Position numbers and translations under genes: made by a program. The notes beneath the pieces were generated by a model. It saw only the letters and a program-made list of their open reading frames with translations. It searched no databases and had not been told where the DNA came from. A DNA stretch of 50,800 nucleotides from Catajapyx aquilonaris (lineage: Eukaryota): assembly GCA_000934665.2 (NCBI GenBank), contig JYFJ02002790.1:1-50800 (forward strand), in the 5' to 3' direction. The first letter of the stretch is position 1. The number at the start of each line of letters is the position of its first letter. This document shows, one piece after another, positions 22,302-35,121 of the stretch.

Positions 22302-25300
22302 ATGTCCGAGAGCGAGGCTGGTTCGTCGTCTGCTGCAGCTGCTGCCCCATCCTCATCCGCCTCCTCCTCCTCCTCCTCAGCCCCTGTCGTTGCCCCTGCG
22401 TCTGCTGCTGCCTCGCTCCCACCCTCATCCTCATCATCATCATCTTCGTCCTCTGCAGCTGTGGTCGCCCCTGGGCCTGTGCCGGAGTCGGACAACCCAC
22501 CAGCTGGGCCCTCTCAGCAGCAGCAGGATGACCCCACCAACCAGATGGATGACAGCAAAGGTGCAGGTGGGGAAGGAGCTGAAGATGGGCCACCCAAGAA
22601 GAAGCAGAAGGTGGATGCAGCCATAACCAAGGAGGTTGGGAAGCTGGAGCAGCGACTTGGGGGAATCCTCTGTTGTGCCGTCTGCTTAGACCTGCCCCGG
22701 ACTGCTGTGTATCAGGTCAGTGCAAGGGGTCACGAGACAGGTACATGGGAGGTAGGAGGGAATGGAAGGCCAAACTGTCATTTGTGGGACCCTTTTAGGA
22801 ACCAATTGATGGCGTGCCTGGATATGTCCAGCTGTCCAACTCATCTTCGCAGTGTCTTAGTGTTGTGTGTTTATGTTCATATGGGGGGGGGGGGGGGNGC
22901 CGTTGTAGTTGAGCCTACTGGCTACAGAACTATCTGAGCTTTGTGCTAATAGGCACAATGTGCAAGTATTTTTACATTACTCTTGGTCTTGGGAAGGCCG
23001 TCAAATGTTTTGAAATATTTGACACAGATTTCAGGCTTAGGGATGCAAGAAATGTTCTTGTGGAAATTGTAGGTTGGAAAAAGGTTTAGGCACTCCTCTC
23101 AACTGTGCATAACCCACATGGTAACTGCACGCTTTCATTCAAGTGCATAGAAAACAATGGCATGAAATATGACTCCCTGACAGAACTCAAGGCTGATCCT
23201 TTCATTGTCACTGAAAACATTAAAATCACTTGCCCTGTTGCCAGATTTATTCTGTAAACTACTCCCTCCCTGTTCATCCTTGCCTCAGATACTCTGCTGA
23301 TGCCTATTTTTAGTGTGTAACGTAATACAAGTACCACGACCAATTCAGGGAGCAGTAAAAAAAATCTTTGATATATTTTAATGAGTATTGAATTCAATTT
23401 CATTAAAGTTGAGCTTTTACACTTAGATTTTGAAATATTTTGACAGATAGCTGAGCTACAGCTACAATCTCCAGACAGAAGTTTTCATTATTGATTAATT
23501 TACAGATCTGCCAGGAAAAACCAAAATATTGGATTTCAGAGTCAGGCTAAAGGTCAAGGGGTAGGTTGCAGCACCCTCATATTCCCTTGTATGTTGCATC
23601 ACTATCTTTTAGATATTGAGAAGGAAGAAGTCCCCTACAGACCTCTGTCCACGTGAATGGTGATTTTTGCTTCGAATCAATAATTTTATTAGTGATACAA
23701 AAATGTCACTTGAATTCCCCTTGCCATTCAGTCCACTAGTTTTGCTCTGTCAGGCAGTGTCCAAATATATATACAGTACCTGACTCTGGCACAATTTTTT
23801 AATTGTGGAAACTGAAAAATGCATAAATTCCAGAGTGAACTATAGCCAGAATTCTAGATGGAGAACTTTGAGATATAGATATTCGACTTAAATGGAAGTT
23901 GAATTTCTATGACCTGACATATTCACCAACCAATATTGCAATTTTTTTGTCTTGTATTTTACACCAAGGGACAAAACGTCAACATATATTTTTTCTTATC
24001 AGTGTACAAACGGACATCTGATGTGTGCTGGCTGCTTCACACACCTGCTAGCAGATGCTCGTCTGCGGGATGAAGTAGCGACGTGCCCCAATTGCAGAGT
24101 TGAGATAAGCCGTACTCTAGCCTCCCGTAACTTGGCTGTAGAGAAGGCTGTCAATGAACTTCCTGCAGAGTGCCAGTATTGTGGAAGAGAATTCCCAAGG
24201 AACTCACTTGAATGGCATGAAAAGGAACTTTGTGAGGAGAGGTATGCTAATAATCATATCTTTCTACTTCCCTGTAGGAGTGGATTGAAAATATTACTTG
24301 ACAGACATACAGCATTGTTTAAAAAGGAGAAAATAATGAATATTTTAGCACTGTACAAAACACCTTAAAGGATCTGTTCCAGGTGAGATTTTGTTGCGCT
24401 GCATTGTAATATGTACCGGAGATATAGCTGACAATATCAAGAGCAACATTTAAACTTTTTATTTTTTTTGTTAGCTTTATGCGTCACGAAAGTCAGGGTT
24501 TTAAATATGTGAATTTTTCATTTTTTAAGTTTGCAAATGGCCCCAGAGTGAGATTGGAAGAACTCTGAATGTTCATTAACTAGGTCCACAAACCACATTC
24601 TCTTTGCCCCTCTCCCACTACACATGGGTGCCCCGCCTTCTTATGCTGGAGAGAAGAGGAGAAAATGCTCATAATATTTGCTAACAATCCAGAATGGGCT
24701 GCATGACAAGGGCTGTTCTTCCCCAGAGAGAATGGGTGATCTTGAGTTCTTACCTAGATTGTTTTTACTCTTCCCAAGTGAAGAGGAGAGTATCATATGG
24801 CAGAGCAATTAAGCTGGGGTTGACAGGAATAGATAGTGCAATGGTGCAGGGGTTTTCCCCCTCACACACAAGCTCTGGAGGCAAACTCATGGATCATCAT
24901 ATAGACCGTCCCTTTAATGTAGTATCACCTGCTGATGTAAATGGTGAAAGTACAGTAGCTGTAGTTGACGTTCTGATCATTATTAACTGATTCCTACAAG
25001 CCTCATGAATCCTGCTTTGTGCTTTGTTCTCCTATTGTAATGTATCTTGGTGTCATGAGGAGTTCTCTACTGCTGTCAACAAAATGAAAACATGTATGCA
25101 TGAACTCTTTTACCAAGAGCTGAAAAAGATGTTAGGTGCCATTTGGAGTTTATACATAGCCTAATCACAGTTGACATCTGTGACCTTTTCTGTCTGGTCA
25201 TTGGCACCAGCTGATATGAGTTATCACACCACAAATTAGAAGTTAAGCTTGCCCTGCTATTTTACATGGAATTATTACAATTAATCTTGACAATTAGTGT

Positions 25301-28300
25301 GACAAAAGAGTGTCAAAATATGACTTAAACATTCTCATATTAGGGCATTTGATAGTGTGTAATCAGCATGGTGCTTCAATTCACCCCTCAGCATTACACA
25401 AGGAGTCTTACAAGCACCTAACTCCTAGGGGAATGCTGATTGGTTCATGGATTTTTTTTTAAAAATGACACTATGTGAATGTAACATTGCAAGGAATTTG
25501 ACTGGAGAACCCTAACTTGCACACTGGAGAATCAAGCAGGAGCTTGCTGGAATGTTCATAATTAAGATGGATCACATGGATTATAATCATAGGAAAGTCC
25601 AGTTACAAGGTCTGATTGCATCTATCTCTTTTCCAAGGACTACGTTTTGCAAATACTCAAGAATTGGTTGCCCATGGCGAGGTCCTCACCACGAGATAGC
25701 AGCTCATGAGTCCAGTTGTGCCCACCCTTCCAAGTCTGGTTCAGAAGTGATGGATGCCCTCAAAGCCATCGACCAGAAGCTAGAGGATGAGAAGGCCAGA
25801 TATGACTCCATCTTTGATCTACTATCTTATGAGAAAATCACCTTTCATGGTCAGTTGTGCATCCAGTTAAATACCATATACCCAGCATATTGCAGTATGC
25901 CCATATGAAATGAGGCCATCAAAGGCCCTGTATACTTCAGGGGAGGGGCTGACCAGTGTAAAGCCTTGTAAAGGATCCCTACCAAGATTATTGTGTGCAG
26001 CAATCATGAAATTTTTCGTGATTGATGGCCTATTAATATTACAGTATTTGAAAAGTTTTTGCCTGCTTCGATGTGCAACTGAGAAATTTGCATTTGGAAA
26101 TTAACTTTTTAATACTTCAAGTGCCTCCAGAAGGTGTTAATACACTTGAAAAGATTTCGTTAATTTTTACAGAAATGATTAAAGATAGGCAATCCTTTAA
26201 AGGGACACTCCACTCAAAAAACAAGTTTGGCTCTAAAAATCGGGCAAAAAATCCTGAATCCGAAGGTGCAATCCATTTTTCGCTACGCGGAAGGGTAATC
26301 CCAGGGCGAGGGGTTCAAGTGGGGAAATCCAAATAGTGCGCTAGATTTTACAGCGGTTCTCAAACTGTGTTCCGCGGAACCCTAGGGTTCCGTGACACCA
26401 GCATAGGGGTTCCGCAAAAGATTTGGAAAATATAAAAAATAAAATTTTGTGCCTAAAAAACAATTGCATCATTGCCTTGAAAAAAAAATTTAACATAACC
26501 TTGCCCTACCATTTAACAACAAAAATAGTTATAGGTATTCCTAGCATAAATTATGAGTAAGATTAGGTTCAGGGTTCCGCAAACGAACCATGAGGTAAAT
26601 AGGGTTCCGCGGCCCAAAAAGTTTGAGAACCGCTGCGCTAGAAGCTGGCCGTCCACCAGCGATGCCCTCGGGACCTTGGGAACTGGAGGGCTGCTCCCGC
26701 CTGCCCGCGCGCTTAGGCCCATCCCAGAGCGGTGCAGCCCTCCAGTTCCCCTGTTCCCCGTGTGGCGGCGCCATTCATTAGCAGACGACACACTTTGACA
26801 CCTCGCCCTGGGATTACCATTCCGCTTAGCGAAAAACGAATTGCACCATCAGATTCTGGATTTTTTGCCCGAATTTTAGAGCCAAACTTGTTTTTTGAGT
26901 GGAGTGTCCCTTTAAGTGTTGCAAATTGTCCACTGAAATTGATAGTAATGGAATTAAATGTATGAAGGATTGGTTTGGCTTTGCATTGCCTCATTTTCAG
27001 GGTTTCCACATTGTTCAAACAGGGTTTCAGGCTCATTTATTTCACTGGGCAGTAAACAGCAAAAAAATTGAATGTTTTGTGACTGCCAGAAAAAAGCTTA
27101 AAAAATACTCCAATGCTGCCCACTTTTTCTGTAGCCACCAGAAGATTGAAAAAAATGTCAAAATCGTGATTTTCAAATCCTTCATTCTTGGTTGGGTATC
27201 CTGAAGAGTGGCAGCTACCTGACAGGTGGAATTGGATGACACTCAGAAACCTGCAGTATACCTCTGCTCCTCCCCTTCTCAGAAGAAATTACCATTTTCA
27301 CTTGATGTATTCTTGGTGGGTAAAATGTGCACACAAAACCCACCTCTGCACCAGCATACCCTTCTGTGTATTGGCATACATGGGTAGCCACCAAGCATTC
27401 ATCACTAAAACCTGGCCCCCCCCTGATTTTACCAGCATTCTGCAATATGAGGGGTATATGTAGGTATATGCTGGGCAGGGTATAGTGAAGATTTTGTAGG
27501 TGCTTTTACTGTTTGTAATTGCCATATCAGGATGTTACCAGTAAGTGAGGTAAGCTAGCTTGCTGTTGTAACTTGGGTGACAAGCAGGTAATAGGATATA
27601 ATTTGAAGTAGATATTTTAAACTTTTATATGCAATGAATTCTTTGACATAGAGTTTTCATCTTACATGCCTTGTGATTAGCCAGTTGGCCTTTGTTACTC
27701 AAACAGTATACTTCAGGATTGAAAGAGACATTTAATGTGTTTCATAAGTATGAATTGTGAATATATACCAGGACAAGAAGAAAGAATCAGGTAATTGAGG
27801 CACCCAAGTAATTTAGTAGTTTTAGTAGATTAGTTACAGTATCATTTGAGAGGTGTGGTGGAAAAAGGTGATAACTCACAAAAGTGTAATTTTGCAGGAG
27901 AGCAAATTGAAGTTTGCTTTATCTTACAAATCATATAGGAAATGCGGGTTTTGATCTAGTCCGTGTGGCTGTATCGTGTATGATAAGTGAACTTGGAGTA
28001 TGCCAAACTGTTGTCATATGTTTTACGTAGTTTGCTAGGTCAAAAATGACAAAAATTACGGTTATCACCTTTTTCCACCACACCCCTCATTTGTTGGCAG
28101 GGAATTAATATTCTTATAATTTAATCTGTAAAAATTGAGCTTGAAAAATTAATCAGTTACCCAAGTTTTCTTTTGACAGAATTAATAACAAAAACATTCT
28201 CTTTTCTTCCCAAAGACTTGCAGCTAAAACCATACCGAACAGATGAATTTGTGCACAAATTGTTTTATGAGACCAGTCGTTTCTCTGCATTCAACAATCA

Positions 28301-31300
28301 GTGGGTGATCAAGGCTAGAATTAACAACAATCAGCGAGACCCAACGCAGAGTTGTGAGAGGCAGATGACTTACCAGGTCTGTAGTCATTGCTTTCCATAT
28401 TTTGAAAGTTGCAGGGGGCATTACACCTTAATTTTGAATATGGCAGCTTCATTGCACTCTGTCCAGTGGACAAGTCTGACTCAGAACCACCATGTTGGAA
28501 TTCAATTCAGACATGCTAGGAAATGACCGAAGTCGACAGACCATGTTGCTCTTCAGATGTTTTATTCTAAGTTAACCAGTTATGTCATTCTGTTCTGACT
28601 CTATGAGTTGGCATGTGCCGTGACGTATCCTGAAGAATTTTTCAGGCTGCTTGTTGGTCCATGCTCAGGTTATGATAAAGGAAAGGAAAGGTTTAAAAGT
28701 CAATTGCTAATACTTTGGCATGTGAGGCTAATAGTGTGACTGTGTTCTAGTTAGTATGTATGAAATATGTGAAATGCAAGATCACCTGTTGTTTACCGTA
28801 CTCATTCTTTGAACAATTTTTGCATATCCATTGAATTAATTGCTTTTTAACGCCAGTGTAAATATGCATATGATAGATAAGAGAATGCCTTCCATAATTG
28901 AGTGCTATTTTAAGGAATTTGAATGGGCGGGGGGGGGGGGGGGGAAATGTTCATTTGAGGATAAAACATCTGAATTGTAATGTTCCAAAGCATGCATGTG
29001 GCTTTCAAAATAACTGTAAAGCACTGGAATTCTTTCACTGTATTGTCCCTTAGCCTTGAATATGATATTCTCTTCCCAAATGTGTAGATCATGCATAAAA
29101 TGCATACATTTTTGTTACTGCATGTGAGTGTATTCTGCAGATTAGTTGGTGAAGGATATACTAGCGAGTATTCAAAAGAATTTGCAGGATATTAATTTAT
29201 GAGGATCAAGTAGAATATTGTGTGTGAAATGTGCATGACATTGCCTAGTAAACTATGAAACCAAGAAGTGTAACATGAGTTCACTGAGCTGATTGTAATA
29301 TTGCCAATTACATTTTTTACAGATTTCAATTGGAAATAAATGGTGATAGAAATATGCAATGGCTGCTTAGAAATAATATGACAAAATGGCTAATAGCAAT
29401 ACTATGGCAATCATAGCTGAGCTGAGTGGCTGATTTTGATACTTCAGTTTTCACATTTTTAGGTGACACCATCATGCATCTTTTGCACTCAATCTTGCTT
29501 GCTTTAAAAAAATCTGTGTATACAGATTCCTCATATTACTTGGTGGTATCCTTATGTGTTTAAGCTTAGTTGATAACTTCCGAGTCCTGTTTGATTCATA
29601 CAGAAATCTGCCAACAATGGCGACGAAGGCAATGTGTGGAAAAGCATGACATTTGAAATAAAGGTAACCATGTGTGCTTATTCTAGTTACAGTGTACAGT
29701 GGGAGTCAGTGATTGTGATGAATGTAGTACATTGACTTTCCAAATTACATGTATGTGCTGGTGCTTTGATTCTTCCCCTCCCCCAATTTGGCAGCATTAC
29801 TACGTATTTTAAGTAACCAAGGCCATGATATTAGTTAAACAAGTAGATGGGTGCTGGCTGTTAAGCTGTATAAATAATGTCAGCTTAACAGACTCTAGCA
29901 CCTATCTACTTGTTTTTTGTGGAGTACGTGTTCATTTAAATAGCTTCTGTCATGAAATAGAGGGTGTTTCTTACAAATTCCGTCTGGTCAACAGCTTATT
30001 CCTTGACCAAAAACAAGTCTAAAATGAAAGGATGAGAAATTTTGAGGGAGAAACCTAAAATGATGCAGATGACTCTAATTATGAAGATTTGGGTTCCTCT
30101 GAGGCAGCGCCAGATTTGGCCACCCATCCAACATCATCTTTGTAGGGAAGGCAGCAAACAGATCGACTCCTGCTGATGCAGTGTAGGGGTAGGAACCTGA
30201 TATTGATGGCTGGGCATGAGGGGACCTTGCGAGATCATTAGTTTATATTATCCCGCACAGCCTGAACTGAATGCATATGTGGTTAAACTAAATGAAAGAC
30301 AGAATATTAAAAATCTGTGAATGCTAGGTGACACTGCTAGGCGTATGCCAGCATACTCTAGATTCAATTCGTTCTTGTTGCCTTCTGTGACTTTTGCTTT
30401 CTTCGGACATTTTGTATTGTGCATTGCCAAATGCCCATAATTGGCTACGTAGTAAAATTCATGCTTGTGTCCTTCACCATCAGTAAGGCTAAACCGTCCA
30501 CATGCTTTTCATCATGTAGCCTGAAACATTTAAGTTCTGGAACAAGCCATCATTGTTCTTAGTGCAGCACATGTTTCAACACGGCTAGCGCATTAACGTC
30601 TCAATTAGCATTAAATTACTCTTAACTTTAAACACTCAAATTGGAACTTTTTTTGACTTGTTTTTGGTCAAGAGAATACACTGCAGGCTGGACAACATAC
30701 TACTAACCGTAAGAAACACCCTGCATGGAAAATTATCTTGATAATAAAAAATAAATTGATATGGGCTCTAAGGTAGCTCAGGTAAATGCCCCTCATTGCA
30801 AGGGAAGAGCCTGTTTCTTGCTTTTATGGACACATCAAGGTTGAACCCTCACCTCACCCTCACAATTTTTAGGCAGGTTTGGCTGAACCAAACATCTGCA
30901 GAAACAAATCAGTAACCTCTGACATTGGTCTCTTCCACACTGGTCCTATAAATTGTAGCCTATATCTGCACAACATCTTTTCATAAAGATGTGGAGCAAA
31001 TTTTTCCAAATAATTGTAATTATTCACAACTTTATATTTGCCAGTAATCATCGATTCAGCTGCTTATTTTAGGTAAGGTACCGGTATCTTATGGGAATTG
31101 CCACTTGATGAAATGTATGATTCATTGTTGATTTGAATTGGTATTGTAACATTATGGATAGCATTTTTTTTGTAACTTAGATGCAGAGTTCTGCTATAAT
31201 ATATAATATACCTAAAGGAAGTACTCCCTATCCTTTCCTATTATGCAGCCAGGCTGAGGGAGCTGCCAACTTAGGTAATACTGTTGTTCTAACAGTTGTC

Positions 31301-34300
31301 TAGCAACTGGGACAACAACCAATAATGAAAACACTGGGACAACAATTAGTCCAATAATGTCATCATTACTCACCGAAGCAGGTTGGCATAGTGGATAAGG
31401 CGTCCGACTGCTAATCGGGAGGTCCTGGGTTCGAATCCCGGGGCCGGCAACTCTGACCGTGGTTTTCTGTGGTTTCCCACGGTCCTTCCAGGAAAATTCC
31501 GGAGTTGCTTCCGTAATTAATAGGCCACAGCCACTTCCTTCCGTCCCTATCCTATCCCAAAAAGCGCAGTAAAATGAAAGCAAAGAGTTCCAGGCAAAAC
31601 AAAAAACTTCCCCCCTAAAGCCGATAGGCTGATAACGGGGTATGAATGATATTTTATATGTCATCATTACTCAAGGTAATATTGCTGCCTGCCTCACATT
31701 TTACCCCGAGTGGTCTCTCGAGGTATATTATACAAGGTGTATACAGTATTTTTAACATAGGGGCCTATGTCAGGAAACGCCATCTAGAGGGGGTTCATAG
31801 ACCAGGAACGGGTGTGCTCAGATGCTTCACACAGGAGGCGCTAGGCGAGCAGACTGTTTTGTTGATAGATGGCGGGCAGTTGTTGCCAGGTTATGGCATA
31901 TCATGTCATCGTAAGCAAACACTGACTCGATACGCCATCACCTGGCAACAACAGAACCGTTGTTTACTCACCACACGTCTCCTAGGAGGCGTACTTTAGT
32001 TGCTAGATGGCTCTGCTGTTGCCAGGTTATGGCACATTGCATTGGTGTTTACTATCTGAGCGCCATCTATCAACAAAACAGTCTGCTCGCCTAGTGCCTC
32101 CTGCGTGATGTGTCTGAGAGCACCCGTTCCATGTCTATGAACCCCCTCTAGATGGCGTTTCCTGACACAGGTTCCTATGTCAAAAATACTTGTCTTGGTG
32201 GTTGGTCCCCTCTATTACCCCTGCAAGTCTTTACAGAGTTACAGGAAACACCCTGTATATTATAGCAGAACTCTTTGGCATTTACATGTGAGCGATTTGA
32301 TAGCGCGATGTCATTGCTGAGCGATCAATCCAATTGTTTGGAGCGAAAGTAACAATCACGGTAACCATCGTAACTCATGTTATGCAGCGATGTTATCGCT
32401 CGGCGATGACATCGCATGGTCAAATCACTCACATGTAAGTGCCTCTTTATTTATGTATTTTTTGGAAGAGAAATACAAGAATTTTCCAATGTCTCCTTGG
32501 ACATGTTGGTAAAAAGTTGAAAAGGACCCTACTAATCACCATTTTGGGGGTCTGGATGAGAACCCCACACTTCTCACCTGGCTGGCTAATGGCATTACCG
32601 CTGTGACTATGGGGAAATTGTGGTGTGCTCATGGAGCCCCCATGCAACTCCTACGATAAGGTAGTTCAATATAAGTCTTCGCCAGACCGGGAATTTGGCG
32701 CAGGCTTCGCTCACTGGGGCTACTGGCGACGAACGGGTGGCCAGACTTGGCTGTGTGCGAATCTGCAAAATAGGGCTGAGGGTGCTGTACTGAGAATTGA
32801 CTGTATGGGTTGGTTCAGAAGGCGTCCGCCCAAATTCACCTGGCAGCCCGATCCTCCAGTGAGCAACACCAGCGCCAGCGGAGACTCTTATATTGAACTA
32901 CCGTCACTATAAGAAAGGGGTGGGAATTGAGTGGGGCTAGTCCCATGTGTCTAGTCTCTAGTGGTTATGCCACTGGCTAGGCAAGCAGTAAGCCCAGGGT
33001 TCAAATTTGTCTCCCTTACCTTTGCTTGGGCAAGTATTTTTCCCTCATTCTACCAGCTTCTCCCTCCTAAATGCCCTCCTCTGCCTAGAGCCGAGGGAAA
33101 AGGTCTGGCATTACTGTTAATCAGAAATAATTATGACCTCCCTTGGAAACTTTTACCTTTTCCAAATCAGATAATGTATGAAGTTATGAATTATGAAATG
33201 TGTGCGTGTTGTACCTGAGTAGTGAACAGCACTACCCAATTTCTGCATAATTGTAATTATTAATTATTAAAACTACCATGTTTAGTGCATTTTTGTTTTG
33301 TAATATTATGTTACATCTGTTTCATCACACCCACTGGCACCCTGTACATGATGTGACACAATTTTTTCTAATTATCTAGAGCATTGTTAACCCCTTGCCT
33401 TATTGTGTCATGAAAAGCTGTCATGAATTAAAGGAGGCCATTGGCACAGAGTGGGAGCAAAGAGACCCAGACTCAGTCCATGCAATGGTCCCACTGCTGA
33501 TTCATTGCCCAACCAAATCATGATTCAGCTGGGGTGGTACAGTACACCACTTGTTGGAAGATGAATCCAGAGAGTAATTGATAGGGAAAAGCATAATTCT
33601 TCATTGGTTCAATAGTAATGAAGATCGTAATGAAGTTGTACACAGGAATACATGAAAGCAACATAGATATGAGCTATTTAATGCATTTTGCACATTTGCT
33701 ATGGACAGATTTACAACAAGCAATTGTGAACAGAATGACAGACAGCATTGTGAGAGCAATACTACATAGTACAATGAGCACATCGCACTGTGTATGTTTC
33801 TATTGTATAATTGAATTTAAGGTTAATTGGAAATTAATACCTCCTGGAGGCTCTGTGCTGGTATGACTCTTGCAAGACCCATGGCAAAGCGGGACGAAAG
33901 ATGAGGCCCAGCCAGGTGTTTAGCCTGGTAATCCACCACAAAGGCAATGATCATGTTAGCTGCAATAGGCCACTTTAGAATCCAATATCTTGTCAATGTT
34001 TGTAGCTCACCCGCAATGGACTTCACTTGTCGAATCAACCATGTGCATGCTTTTTGTGTGCCAAGTTCATTGGGCTACTCAACTTACAGCAGGTACCTTT
34101 TCCTTGTGAGTGCAATGATGACTGCCTCTTGTCATAACTGACTAGTATGTTTAAGTCTTGTTACATCAGCAAAATTCTTTCTTTGATGTATATCATCAGT
34201 GAATGAAAATTCATGTCACATTGCCATTCTTACGTACAAGTGTACTGCTCTCCATGGTGAAGCAGATAACTGTTCAAGTTACTATACCTGTTGAACCGTC

Positions 34301-35121
34301 ATGGAGGCATGGAATTTATGGCTCACCATTCTGTCAATGCCAGTGGCGGAGTTCCTTAGGGAATGGTCACAAATGTGTCTTTATGCACCATTTTGCCACT
34401 ATTTTTCATTCACTGATTCAGCCCTCATTTTTGAGTGTGATGAATTTTATAAGAATCATTATAATGTCATTTTTTTGGTTGATGATGATCACCCACATTA
34501 AGTTTTAAATATCTGCTTGTATCATGAACACATAAGCCAAGGGGTTAATGACTGTTTATATTTTTGTATGAGCTATGTAATAAGTGGGCCTCTCTACCTG
34601 TCACTTGTCTTCTTTGTTCCTTGACATGTAGCTGATAGTGAAGACCAAGCCAACCTCCCCACTGGACCTTCACTTTGTGATAGTGAAGGGTCCCTTTGGT
34701 GACATGCATCTCCAACCAACTATATACAGAGGAGAATTTAATGACCAGAACAACGAGAGCCCGTACATTCCACTGACGCTCAGTGACACTGCCGAGTGCA
34801 ACCGCCTCTTGGCTTGCAAGACCATTAGCTTTCGGTCAGTATTATTTTATTACTGCTATTTCACTATATCACATAACAAGACTAAAGTCTATGGCAATAG
34901 TAATTGTCATATTAATCATTTTAATTACACAATTTTTAATATTTAATTTTTGATGACTGCATGTAACCACGTGAAAGAAATATTGACCATGCTTTTTACA
35001 TGGTTGAAAGTAGTTAGATGATTCACGTACTGTGACAATCCCAGAGGGAATGAATGGTATGGTCTTCTTTTACATAACTTTATCTCCTTGCAGTTTAATC
35101 ATGTTCCTGGTCTGCAAATAG
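22302..35121 (+). CDS. CYHR1: Cysteine and histidine-rich protein 1 (RING plus TRAF-type zinc finger), 418 aa, 6 exons
   Basis: Exons 22302-22715, 24003-24241, 25638-25849, 28216-28376, 34632-34834, 35094-35121. Motifs [81 protein letters not shown], and ending [10 protein letters not shown]. Confidence 0.95.
26201..26911. mobile_element. Non-autonomous TIR element with TTAA target site (Kolobok-like AG...CT termini)
   Basis: Imperfect inverted arms of about 120 bp beginning AGGGACACTCCACTCAAAAAACAAGTTTGGCTC. TTAA at 26197-26200 and 26912-26915. Confidence 0.85.
26351..26635. mobile_element. hAT-like MITE nested in the TTAA element
   Basis: Perfect 16-bp TIR CAGCGGTTCTCAAACT and repeated internal GGGTTCCG motifs. 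CGCTAGA occurs on both flanks (imperfect TSD). Confidence 0.85.
27848..28088. mobile_element. MITE with 28-bp TIRs and 4-bp TSD (Sola-like GAG...CTC termini)
   Basis: GAGAGGTGTGGTGGAAAAAGGTGATAAC matches the reverse complement of 28061-28088 at 27/28 positions. ATTT is duplicated at 27844-27847 and 28089-28092. Confidence 0.85.
31373..31657 (+). mobile_element. tRNA-derived SINE, second family
   Basis: A box TGGCATAGTGG and B box GGTTCGAATCCC, followed by a GGTTTTCTGTGGTTTCCC...TAGGCCACAGCCACTTCCTTCC body. Exact 16-bp TSD ATGTCATCATTACTCA at 31357-31372 and 31658-31673. Confidence 0.92.
31733..32255. mobile_element. Tc1/mariner-type MITE with long internal inverted repeats
   Basis: TA-CAAGGTGT ... 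ACACCCTG-TA termini. Internal arms of about 130 bp (31745-31874 versus 32061-32190) and repeated TAGATGGC and GTTGCCAGG motifs. Confidence 0.8.
32277..32443. mobile_element. Small foldback MITE
   Basis: Imperfect inverted arms of about 49 bp (GGCATTTACATGTGAGCGATTTGA... / ...TCAAATCACTCACATGTAAGTGCC). TCTTT on both flanks. Confidence 0.75.
33391..34544. mobile_element. piggyBac-like non-autonomous or decayed element
   Basis: TTAA-CCCCTTGCCTTAT ... ATAAGCCAAGGGG-TTAA, with imperfect TIRs of about 23 bp and no intact ORF. Confidence 0.75.

Larger units (their letters stand above)
31185..32274. mobile_element. TIR element hosting two later insertions
   Basis: Left TIR AGAGTTCTGCTATAATATATAATATACCT (31185-31213). 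The right TIR is restored to 29/29 identity by joining 31721-31732 to 32258-32274. Confidence 0.8.

Noticed and set aside
22088..22626. Overlapping ORFs with poly-Arg, poly-Pro or poly-Glu runs
   Set aside because: Shadows of the GC-rich poly-Ala/Ser N-terminus of CYHR1.
22883..22898. Poly-G run containing an N (other poly-G runs near 28930 and 50466)
   Set aside because: Homopolymers of uncertain length with an assembly ambiguity; G-quadruplex function cannot be supported.
26073..27036. Two ORFs sharing [13 protein letters not shown] on opposite strands
   Set aside because: They are translations of the two inverted arms of a MITE.
31373..31450. tRNA-like sequence with a GCT anticodon-like loop
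   Set aside because: It is the head of a TSD-flanked SINE, not a standalone tRNA.
32500..33140. GC-richer intronic block with a degenerate B-box-like motif near 32997
   Set aside because: Probably old retroelement debris, but no TSD, tail or protein motif could be shown.
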